DNA of 64,000 bases, from NCBI GenBank assembly GCA_965226055.1, contig CBDDCA010000005.1:416001-480000 (forward strand), written 5' to 3'. The position numbers and the translations under genes are program-made. This DNA is from Spirochaetia bacterium. Its GTDB lineage: Bacteria; Spirochaetota; Spirochaetia; WTKD01; G963693115. Of this stretch, positions 1 through 8,991 are shown one piece after another. Every line of letters starts with the position of its first letter. Positions within the stretch are counted from its first letter, which is position 1. The notes beneath the pieces were generated by a model that worked only from the letters and a program-made list of their open reading frames with translations, did no database searches and was not told the DNA's origin.

Positions 1-1292
1 GTTATTGTCACTGTCTTTGCTGGAGAACTGCTGTCCTTTTCTGTTGCTGTTATAGTCACTCCTGCGTAATCTCGTACATCGGGGGCTTGCCAGCCTACTA
101 CTATGCTTGTTGCTCCTCCTATAGCACTCACATTGCTTACAGGCTCTGTGCTTTTGTCTGTTGTTGCTTGTTCTTTTGACACTGCAGTGGAGTACTTTCC
201 GTTTTGAGAAACATACACTTCTACTTTGTAGGTAAGCGTGCCATAGAGTTTTGTGAGGGCTATGCCATCCTTCGCAACATACACAGTGGCGTACTCTTTG
301 TTTTGTGCGGTTGCACTGCTGAGTGTTGCAGTACTGCTATTGTTCACAGTTGCTTCTGCTACTACTGTATTTGTTGCAGTTGCTATAACGCGTACTAAGA
401 GGCTTTTGTCGGTAAAGGCAAAGCTCCCCCACTTGATAAGCAGGCTTTCATCGGCTGGGCTATTGCTTTTATCGTTTGCTGTTACTGTAAGGTCTGCCTC
501 TGGCAGTGGCGTTACTGTTTGTGAAAGCTGTGATGCTTGTATGCCTGTCAGTACTGTTGCAGGGCTGGTTGTGTTGTCATTTCTATCCTTATAGCTTATT
601 TCTACATCATAGGATATACCTGCAAGCATGGAGACATTTGGAAGTATAACTTCTCCTTGCTGTAGGTTCTGCACGGTAGCTTGTGCAAGCACTATGCCAC
701 CAGTCGTGCTTTTTACCACTATCGTTGCTTCTGCTATGTCTGTCTTGCCTAGTGCAAGTCGCTCTTTGTCCCATGTTATCTTTATGCCATCCCCCGATTT
801 CTCTACTCCTACCTGTGTCAATGTATCCTGTGGGGGAGTAGTATCTACCAGTGTTGTCACAGAGCGTGTCACTTTTGGTGATACTTCCGTGTCTTTTTGT
901 GCTTCTATCTCTACGGTGTAGTCGGTGAGTGCTTGTAAGCCTTTGAGTTGGTACGATTGTCCTTGTTGAAAGAGTGTTTGATATTCTATTACAGGAATAC
1001 GCACTTGTATTGATTGTACTGGTATTGTTGAAGTTGCAGTCACTACTACATGCGTGGCATCACTGGGAGCTTCCCAGCGTAATAAGAGTGTCCCGTCATT
1101 ATCTGCTGCTTGTATTTGCACATTGGATAGTGATGCAAGTTTCGGAGGGGTTACTGATTTTCCTCCACCGCCTGATGAGGAACTACTACTACCGTCCGAA
1201 CATCCTAGCACAAAGAAGGTAGCTATTGCTAGCACCCACGCTAATGTAGCTATAGTTATGTTCCACTTACTATTCAGCTGATATTTTTTCAT
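1..1292 (-). CDS. Giant surface lipoprotein with FnIII-like domains, 5' part only (runs off window); paralog of 27069..34745
   Basis: Not in the ORF track; my translation from ATG 1292 (SD AAGGAG upstream) is MKKYQLNSKWNITIATLAWVLAIATFFVLG-CSDGSSSSSSGGGG, with a lipobox and Ser/Gly linker. It continues ADNDGTLLLRWEAP..YQLKGLQALTDYTVEIEAQ..ADESLLIKWG..TKLYG..WQAPDVRDYAGV, colinear with the N-terminus of the 2558-aa protein, and stays open to the window edge. Confidence 0.85.
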   Translation of the reverse strand, partial: MKKYQLNSKWNITIATLAWVLAIATFFVLGCSDGSSSSSSGGGGKSVTPPKLASLSNVQIQAADNDGTLLLRWEAPSDATHVVVTATSTIPVQSIQVRIPVIEYQTLFQQGQSYQLKGLQALTDYTVEIEAQKDTEVSPKVTRSVTTLVDTTPPQDTLTQVGVEKSGDGIKITWDKERLALGKTDIAEATIVVKSTTGGIVLAQATVQNLQQGEVILPNVSMLAGISYDVEISYKDRNDNTTSPATVLTGIQASQLSQTVTPLPEADLTVTANDKSNSPADESLLIKWGSFAFTDKSLLVRVIATATNTVVAEATVNNSSTATLSSATAQNKEYATVYVAKDGIALTKLYGTLTYKVEVYVSQNGKYSTAVSKEQATTDKSTEPVSNVSAIGGATSIVVGWQAPDVRDYAGVTITATEKDSSSPAKTVTI

Positions 1293-1521
1293 AATGATCT
1301 CCTTTTATTATCCATATATTGTGTATTTATCATTACAATAAATACATTATATATAACTATCAATATTATAGTAATAAATACTATTTTTTATATACATTGC
1401 ATCAAATATAAAAAGAAAATACATAAAATTTACATGCACTATTAGTAACATGTGATAATAATGCTATATATATTCCCAAGGTATTTCATATCCTGCTATA
1501 ATGCTATTAGAGGGCGTATAT

Positions 1522-3456
1522 ATGATTCCTAGTTTACTTCTCATTGTATTTATATTATGGGGAGTACGATTATTTAAAATACATATTGTTATCTTTGGTA
1601 TGTTACTGGGACTTGCTCTCGGAGCTATATTCGGACACTATATTGTAAAAATAACAGCCTTAACACTTGAAAATTCAAATACTCTTACTACCATCGTAAC
1701 AGTTGCAGGAGGAATAGTAGGGGTAGGATTAGTATTTCCATTCAAAAAAATCTTTGCTTGCATCAATGCTGGTATCTATCTAGGTATACTTGGATCTATT
1801 GTAAGCATGTTACTCACTCTTCCCCATACAATTACTTTTGTCTTTATAGTATTGTTTCTTATCGGGTTTTTTATAGCATTTCGTTTTTACAATTATGCTG
1901 TCATTGTTATAATGGTAATCACTGGATTAGGCATTACTGTATTTTTATTCCAAATACAACTACATTCCATAGTAAATAATATACATTTTCTTTTTCGCTT
2001 AAAAAATTACTTTATGAGTAATCCTATCAGGACATTTCAGTTTATACTCCTTCCAAACAAACAATACATTACATATACAATCGTACTTTTACTTGGCTCA
2101 AGTATATATTCGGTATTACTACAGAAACACTATGCACATACCACATCTGATACTATACATATTACCCATAAAAAAACACTGTTTAGAAACATCGGCTATT
2201 TTTTTACTGTCATTTTACTTATAGGGAGCATATTTGAAATATTATTTTACATCATTTCTTTCTATAATATTAGTTTCAGTGAATCTATTGTTAGCAGCAC
2301 TGGACAGAGTATATACAGACTTATACAAATGATATTTAAGAACACTCAAAATATGACAGGAGTTATTTCTCCATATATCGTAGGTATGGGAATAATCCAT
2401 CTCCCCTTTGTTGCAATATTACTTTACTTATTGCTCCCTTCATATAAAAGCACAAAAACTTCTGTGCCTATAGTATATTCAAACCCTCTAATAGGAATAC
2501 TATGTAGTATAGCATGTTCAATTATTTTAATTCCATTCACATACTTTGTTATACAAACTATTGTCACTATTCCTTCAGCATTTACAGTACCATATACTGA
2601 GTTAGCCAATACAATAAGTAATTATTTTATAAGTACTATAAAAAAGAGTGTTCTGTTTTTCACTTTTTTCTTTCGTACTCCCTACAATACTACTATTAGC
2701 ATATTTATCATCACTAGCAAGTGGATATTTTCATTCATTATATTTCCTGTACTATTGTACCTCTTGGTATTCAAACGAGAAAAAGCCTTTGCATATTCTT
2801 CAAAACTCAATCTATCAAAACCACAAGACAAACAAGAACAAAACACTACAAACAGTATCATCCCCTCTTACAAGACTACGCATACAACTGTACCACAACA
2901 ACATACACTGCCTCCTTCTATTACCAATATACCCAATACTGTACAAAAAAATACTTCTAAAACAAGTAACGCTCCCATATCAAAAAAAAGAAACAACATA
3001 GACTATGTTACCTTACTTATTCAAAAAAAGTATACACAACAAAAACATTTATTACAGCTTATTACAGAAACTTTTTATAAAATACAGAAAGTACAAAAAG
3101 TCATTCCCAATACATACGAAATAAGAGGAGCTCATCTATTTGTACAATTCAAAGAAGGGCTTCCTATTTCTCATTTACAAACAAAGGGAGTTCTTGCTGT
3201 TCAGGTACTATCATACAATGCTACTACACAAGATAGAAAGAATATCCCTCTTATTAAAGAAGCAATGCAACGCTCAAAAGCCTCTATGGGAATGGTAATC
3301 ATCACTGCAAATTATAGCTATAAGGACATCATTATGATAAAAAAAGAAATTCAAACAGTAAAAGAAGCATTACAAAAACCAATTGTTTTAGTTGCAGGAA
3401 GAAATGTAGCACGCTTTGTTCTTACATTTGGAGGAGCATTCTTTTTAAGCAACTAG
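1522..3456 (+). CDS. Polytopic membrane protein (DUF4203-like N-terminus) with C-terminal Mrr-like restriction-endonuclease-fold domain, apparently inactive
   Basis: Many hydrophobic helices over about 420 aa, a T/P/Q-rich linker, then GAHLFV..GLP..LAVQVLSY..GMVIITA..KPIVLVAGRNVARFVL. Start placed at ATG 1522 after AGAGGG; the ORF track starts at 1501. Confidence 0.6.
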   Translation: MIPSLLLIVFILWGVRLFKIHIVIFGMLLGLALGAIFGHYIVKITALTLENSNTLTTIVTVAGGIVGVGLVFPFKKIFACINAGIYLGILGSIVSMLLTLPHTITFVFIVLFLIGFFIAFRFYNYAVIVIMVITGLGITVFLFQIQLHSIVNNIHFLFRLKNYFMSNPIRTFQFILLPNKQYITYTIVLLLGSSIYSVLLQKHYAHTTSDTIHITHKKTLFRNIGYFFTVILLIGSIFEILFYIISFYNISFSESIVSSTGQSIYRLIQMIFKNTQNMTGVISPYIVGMGIIHLPFVAILLYLLLPSYKSTKTSVPIVYSNPLIGILCSIACSIILIPFTYFVIQTIVTIPSAFTVPYTELANTISNYFISTIKKSVLFFTFFFRTPYNTTISIFIITSKWIFSFIIFPVLLYLLVFKREKAFAYSSKLNLSKPQDKQEQNTTNSIIPSYKTTHTTVPQQHTLPPSITNIPNTVQKNTSKTSNAPISKKRNNIDYVTLLIQKKYTQQKHLLQLITETFYKIQKVQKVIPNTYEIRGAHLFVQFKEGLPISHLQTKGVLAVQVLSYNATTQDRKNIPLIKEAMQRSKASMGMVIITANYSYKDIIMIKKEIQTVKEALQKPIVLVAGRNVARFVLTFGGAFFLSN

Positions 3457-3659
3457 AAGAGACATAAAGAGGCTGTCATAGCTTTTGATATTACTACATA
3501 TAACATATTATACTTATCTCCCCTTTATAATATATACATTATAATCGTAATCTGCACTATTTTTTACAACAATTGGAATAAAAACACAATTTTAATAATT
3601 TTACCCTTTATTTTCCTGAATACCCTCATAAAAAACACAAATTGTGATATACTGACAAC

Positions 3660-4271
3660 ATGTTTTTAAGAAATATAGTAATTATTACTGTCTTTACTGC
3701 TCTTATATATCTAATAGGGCTGATACCGAGTATTCAATTACCGTTTATGAATGTACCTATTGTATTACAGAATATAGGAGTATTCTTAGTTGCTTCCATA
3801 CTAGGTCCCATAGGAGTATTCAGTGTAATTTTATTTCTTATACTTGTTGCTCTTGGGTTTCCTGTATTATCAGGAGGACGTGGAGGACTTTCTGTTTTTA
3901 TTGATCCTACAACGGGCGGTCTTTTATTAGGATATATTTTAGCAGCACTTATCATTGGGATTTTAGTATATCATGTATGGCCCAACATTGGTTTTTCAAA
4001 ATATTTTTTCTGTAATCTTGTTGGATTAGTGCTAATGTATGTTCCCGCTATTCTCTGGTACGCCTACAGTACTACAAACGCTGGCATTCCCACACCATTT
4101 ATAAATGCATTATTTGTATTTCTTGTATATATTCCAGGTGATATTATCAAAATTCTTATCACTTGTTATATTGCAGTAACTATAAAAAAATACTACCCTA
4201 TGATTGAAAAAAGAAACATTGAAGACTATACTGACAAACATAGTAAACGTCAGCTTAGCATAGACAACTAG
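3660..4271 (+). CDS. bioY: Biotin transporter BioY
   Basis: VPIVLQNIGVFL..LG, LGFPVLSGGRGG, PTTGGLLLGY and IPGDIIK are BioY family motifs. Confidence 0.9.
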   Translation: MFLRNIVIITVFTALIYLIGLIPSIQLPFMNVPIVLQNIGVFLVASILGPIGVFSVILFLILVALGFPVLSGGRGGLSVFIDPTTGGLLLGYILAALIIGILVYHVWPNIGFSKYFFCNLVGLVLMYVPAILWYAYSTTNAGIPTPFINALFVFLVYIPGDIIKILITCYIAVTIKKYYPMIEKRNIEDYTDKHSKRQLSIDN

Positions 4272-7200
4272 ACATGATGTTTTCTTCCTGGTAAAAGAGA
4301 ATAAAACACTGGAATAAAAAATAATGTTATAAACATACAAGTACCTAATCCAACAGCAATAGTAATAGACATAGGACGCCATACAGGAGAGTTTCCCGCA
4401 ATTCCTAACGCAGTAGGCAACACCCCTGCTATAGTGGTAATATTTGTCAATACTATTGGCTTAAAACGCCTCACTGTAGCAATTTTAATTGCTTCTAAAT
4501 AATTCGTTCCTTTTTCCACTAAACGATTGCTTGTATTTATCAATACAATAGCTCCGTCCACAGTAATCCCCATAATAGCAAGAAAGGAGTACAGTATGAT
4601 AATAGAAAGCGAAGTCTGACTCATCAGTAGATATATACTAATACCCACTGCAGTAGAAAGAATTGTCATCATAATAAGAAATGGTTGCAAATAACTTTTG
4701 AAATCTAAGGTAAGTACTACATATATGATAACAATTCCAATAAAAAAGAGTAATATAATATCACCTAACAAAGAAGAAAATTCCTCAAACTCTCCTTCAG
4801 ATTTTAATGTAACTATAGCATCAGTATTTGAAATATATCCATCAAAATAATCCATAATTTCACTTTCAATAGTTTGAATATCCTGCTGTTGTGTAACATC
4901 TGCTTGTATTCTCAGTATTCTTTTGCCATTTTCACGTTCTATATAGCTATCACCAAAAGTCTCTTCTAATTGAGCAATATCTGAAAATGATACAAATGCA
5001 TTGTTTTGATTTATAAACTGTATATCATCAATAGTATCCTTACTCAATGTTTCGTTTCCAAAAAAACCAAAATACAGATCATAGCTTCTATTATCATCAG
5101 TAATAAGCGTGCTTACTGGTTCATTTGCAAAGAAATACCGTAATTCTGTTCCTACCTGGGCAACACTAAGCCCATAGTCTTGTATAGCATCTTTATCTAC
5201 TTGAACAATGTACTCCTTATTTTTTTCATTACGATTACTCCGAATATTCTGTACAGTATTATAACTGGATAATTTCTCCATCACTGCAGTGTACGCCTCT
5301 TCCAATGCTTCACTATCTGTACTCAACAGCTTAATTTCAACAGGAGCTGGTAATGGAGGCCCCGTCCTTTGTTTACGAATACGCACCGACTTTGTTCCTT
5401 GAATAGAAGACAAAATCTCTTGTACACGAAGAGTCACAACATCTAAGTGCTGCGAAATTTCATTTACTGCTCCTGCAACCTGAACTTGAAACTGAATATC
5501 ACTCGTAGTTTGCACTTTAATGCCTTCTACATAATCTGGATCAACATCTCCAATAATACTAATCACTCCTTCAACTATCCCTTCTGACTGTAAGAGCAGC
5601 AATTCTTTTTCTATAGCAGTAAGCGTATTTGTAGTTTGTTCAAGCATATACCCATGAGGCATTGCTACATCAATAAGCAGTACCTTATCTTCTTCTGTAT
5701 CATACAAACTCACAGGAGTAAAGAAAAATACTGATATGCTCATCCCAATAATAACAATAAATCCTATACCTGATACAACACGATGTCTTATAAGTACAGA
5801 AAGTACTCTGCCTAACACATTCTGACACCATACAATAAAAGCAAAATCTTTTTTAGCATCACTTCCTATGAGATTCATATACTGCGGAGGAACTACCAAT
5901 AGAGCAGTCAAGACAGAAAAACTTAACACAACTACTATCGTAACAGGAACAGGATAGAGAAAATCTCCTATAATACCGGGCATAAAAGATAATGGAACAA
6001 ACGCAGCTACAGTAGTAAAATAGGCAGTGAGTATCGGCCCTACCATTTCTCCTAACCCCAAAATAATAGCTTCTTTTTTATGTATATGACGGTGATTACG
6101 ATTATACAAAATACTTTCAAGTACCACTATACTATGATCCACCACCATACCAAGCACCAATACAAGAGCAAATAACGTTGCTCCATTGAGTGTAATCCCC
6201 ATCATCTTCAATACAAGAAAACTTGATGTAAATGTAAGAGGAATTTGTATACTCACTATCAATGCCGATTTTATCCCCAAAAAGATCCACATAATAACAA
6301 ATACAAGAATAAGCCCTACAAAAGCATTACTGATAAGTGTATTCATTGTATTAGATATATAAGAAGTCGTATCAGCAAAATAAGAGAGAGAAATATCACT
6401 ACCTATAGTATCTTTATATCGTGATAACTGTGTTTTTATAGTATCCACTAATTGTATTGAATCTGCATTTGTTTGCTTATGTATCTTAAAAACAGCAGCA
6501 GTTTTTCCATTGTAATATACTAACTCAGAGCTGTCATTAAATGCAAACTGTACTGTAGCAATATCCTTTACTCGTATGAGAGCTGGTGCTTGACGAACAA
6601 CAATATTTTCAACATCCTGTATATTTTTCACCCAAGTATCAGTTTTTAGCTGAAAAGCAAACGATGTATCTTCATTATCGTTTGTACTTGTTTCTACAGC
6701 ACTCTGGTTCTTCAATACTCCAGCAGGAATAACTGCCATCTGTTTTTGAATAGCATTACGAACTTCGGCACTACTGATTCCACCATATCTTGTCATGTTT
6801 TCCCTTTGCATTTGCACCTGCACTACTTTTGAATAGTACCCTTTAGTCGATACTTTTAGCACCCCTTCTGTATTTTGCAATGTATATAATAGCTCCTTAG
6901 CATGCTTCATCAACATCTCTTGAGAATGAGCATCTTGCGTATCATTTGATTGCAATATCACCGTAATGACACTAGAAAAATCCGCATAAGAAAAATCATC
7001 AACAAATAGCTGCCCTACATTAGGAGCAAAATCTATTGATAATACAGTATTTTTTAAGCTATGTATCGCGTCTTGAAACTCTGCTTTTGATATTTGCTGC
7101 TTATACGCTATATGAGTAAAATTGAAGCCCGGAGAAACAAACGAGTTTACCCTTTGAATATGTTCTAATTCTTTTAAGGCATGTTCCAATTTTGTAGTAA

Positions 7201-7399
7201 CTTCCTCTTCTACTAACACTACATCTGCACCAGGATAAGGTACAACAATATGTGCATAATACAACGGGATATTTGGATATTGTTCGCGAGGAAGAGTAAA
7301 AAAAACCCATATCCCCAAAAACGCACATGCTAATCGAACAATAGTAATAGCATGATAATATTGTAATGATATATTTCCTAGTGTTCGCGAAAAATTCAC
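4268..7399 (-). CDS. RND efflux transporter permease (AcrB/AcrD/AcrF family)
   Basis: 1043 aa; LPREQYP, YPGA..VEEEVT..LE, GMVVDHSIVVLE, GITVDGAIVL, RRFKPIVLTNITTIAGVLP. Confidence 0.9.
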   Translation of the reverse strand: MNFSRTLGNISLQYYHAITIVRLACAFLGIWVFFTLPREQYPNIPLYYAHIVVPYPGADVVLVEEEVTTKLEHALKELEHIQRVNSFVSPGFNFTHIAYKQQISKAEFQDAIHSLKNTVLSIDFAPNVGQLFVDDFSYADFSSVITVILQSNDTQDAHSQEMLMKHAKELLYTLQNTEGVLKVSTKGYYSKVVQVQMQRENMTRYGGISSAEVRNAIQKQMAVIPAGVLKNQSAVETSTNDNEDTSFAFQLKTDTWVKNIQDVENIVVRQAPALIRVKDIATVQFAFNDSSELVYYNGKTAAVFKIHKQTNADSIQLVDTIKTQLSRYKDTIGSDISLSYFADTTSYISNTMNTLISNAFVGLILVFVIMWIFLGIKSALIVSIQIPLTFTSSFLVLKMMGITLNGATLFALVLVLGMVVDHSIVVLESILYNRNHRHIHKKEAIILGLGEMVGPILTAYFTTVAAFVPLSFMPGIIGDFLYPVPVTIVVVLSFSVLTALLVVPPQYMNLIGSDAKKDFAFIVWCQNVLGRVLSVLIRHRVVSGIGFIVIIGMSISVFFFTPVSLYDTEEDKVLLIDVAMPHGYMLEQTTNTLTAIEKELLLLQSEGIVEGVISIIGDVDPDYVEGIKVQTTSDIQFQVQVAGAVNEISQHLDVVTLRVQEILSSIQGTKSVRIRKQRTGPPLPAPVEIKLLSTDSEALEEAYTAVMEKLSSYNTVQNIRSNRNEKNKEYIVQVDKDAIQDYGLSVAQVGTELRYFFANEPVSTLITDDNRSYDLYFGFFGNETLSKDTIDDIQFINQNNAFVSFSDIAQLEETFGDSYIERENGKRILRIQADVTQQQDIQTIESEIMDYFDGYISNTDAIVTLKSEGEFEEFSSLLGDIILLFFIGIVIIYVVLTLDFKSYLQPFLIMMTILSTAVGISIYLLMSQTSLSIIILYSFLAIMGITVDGAIVLINTSNRLVEKGTNYLEAIKIATVRRFKPIVLTNITTIAGVLPTALGIAGNSPVWRPMSITIAVGLGTCMFITLFFIPVFYSLLPGRKHHV

Positions 7400-7436
7400 T
7401 ATAAAAACTCCTTATCTCTTACTATGTATATTTCTA

Positions 7437-8057
7437 TCACTCTTCTTTTAGGAGCATAGTATCAATATCATGCTGAAATTTTTCTGCCTTTACACGCAAA
7501 TACTCACGGTTTTCAGAACTAACATTACGGGTCATTAAAGAAACACGTTCATGTACCTTTATACCATATTGAGACAACTGTGTAGCTTTATCAGGATTAT
7601 TACTTAAAAGACAAACACTGTTTATACTTAAATCACGTAGAATAAGATAGGCAATATAATAATCACGTGCATCAGGTTCATGGCCTAGCTTAGTATTTGC
7701 ATCATAGGTATCATATCCTTGTTGTTGCAAAGCATAGGCTTTTATTTTTTCTACCAAACCAATACCACGTCCCTCTTGACGCAGGTACATAAAGATCCCT
7801 TTTCCTTCTTTATTGATAGCTTCAAGTCCTAACACTAACTGATCTGCACAGTCACACTTTTGAGAAAAAAATACATTCCCAGTAAGACATTCCGAATGTA
7901 CACGACATAGCATATTACTAGACAGATCCCCCTTTACCAGCACTAAGTGTTCTTGTGCATCCGAATCTAAATAGGCATGAGCAATAAATATTCCAAAGCT
8001 AGTCGGAAGTTCTACAAAAGAATGATCAATAATAGAGAGCGTATGTTTCATAGACAA
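7437..8057 (-). CDS. ribA: GTP cyclohydrolase II
   Basis: RVHSECLTG..CDC, YLRQEGRGIGL, LLSNNPDK motifs. Confidence 0.93.
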   Translation of the reverse strand: MSMKHTLSIIDHSFVELPTSFGIFIAHAYLDSDAQEHLVLVKGDLSSNMLCRVHSECLTGNVFFSQKCDCADQLVLGLEAINKEGKGIFMYLRQEGRGIGLVEKIKAYALQQQGYDTYDANTKLGHEPDARDYYIAYLILRDLSINSVCLLSNNPDKATQLSQYGIKVHERVSLMTRNVSSENREYLRVKAEKFQHDIDTMLLKEE

Positions 8058-8058
8058 T

Positions 8059-8616
8059 TTAGTTTGCTCTTTCTACATATTCCATAGTTTCTGTATTAAC
8101 AAGAATATGCTCATTTTCTTTGATAAATCCTGGCGCACGTAGAGTAAGCCCTGACTCACATTCAATAGTTTTATTTACTGATGTAGCCGTATCTCCTTTC
8201 AATGCTTCGGGAGCATACACGACTTTCATCACCACTTTAGGAGGTAAAATAATATCAATAGGGTTTCCATCAAATAAGATAATCTGATACATCTCCCCTT
8301 CTTTCAAAAAATACACCTTATTTTCCAATCCTGTAAGAGATAATGCATATTGCTCATATGTATCTTGCTCCATTACATATATCTGACTTTCGTCTTTATA
8401 GAGATACTGTGTATGTTTATACTCAATGTTTGCTTCTTCTACAGTATCCTGTGTTTTCAGTGTTTCTCGTAATACCTGTCCATTATTAAGCCCTTTCAGT
8501 TTGCAACGCACAAAGGCTGCTCCTTTTCCTGGATTTACAAATTCACGTTCTACAACAGCAAACGGCTCTCCTTTTATAAGTACATACATTCCTTTTTCTA
8601 TTTGCCCTGCTTTCAT
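8059..8616 (-). CDS. efp: Elongation factor P
   Basis: VNPGKGAAFVR, KGDTA, YVERA; start placed at ATG 8616 after GAGGAGG. Confidence 0.95.
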   Translation of the reverse strand: MKAGQIEKGMYVLIKGEPFAVVEREFVNPGKGAAFVRCKLKGLNNGQVLRETLKTQDTVEEANIEYKHTQYLYKDESQIYVMEQDTYEQYALSLTGLENKVYFLKEGEMYQIILFDGNPIDIILPPKVVMKVVYAPEALKGDTATSVNKTIECESGLTLRAPGFIKENEHILVNTETMEYVERAN

Positions 8617-8679
8617 ATTCCTCCTCAGCAATCACTATATTTAGTGTACTATAATAAATACTCATGTTGCTAATAGCTA

Positions 8680-8723
8680 ACATATTTCTCTTGGAGTTTT
8701 ACCATTTCATGTGTTCTCTTTTG
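8680..8723. repeat. Left copy of an imperfect inverted repeat flanking the FnIII lipoprotein gene
   Basis: Core TGGAGTTTTACCAT (8692-8705) is the exact reverse complement of 15439-15452; the flanks also partly match. Confidence 0.6.
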
Positions 8724-8991
8724 ATAAAATCAGTATACTGTAAAAGTTCTATTATGTACTTTTACCATCTCGTACGATTCAAAAATCCATGCACGAGATG
8801 GCAAAAATCCTTTCTTAAATATGCTCAATTTGTAGTAGTAATAACAAGTTTTCTCATCTTACATAAACTTACTAAAGTGTAGGGATGATTGAAAGAATAA
8901 GAATAATAAAAATCCTTACATTGATACAATGAAGATTTTATGTTTCTCATCCCTACACACTTATACTATATCACCTTATTACTCCTTATAA

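Noticed and set aside
204-1281. Several short plus-strand ORFs
   Set aside because: Antisense shadows of the minus-strand lipoprotein gene starting at 1292
8664-8882. 72-aa ORF in the efp-FnIII spacer
   Set aside because: No SD or recognisable motif; it overlaps hairpins and repeats better explained as non-coding
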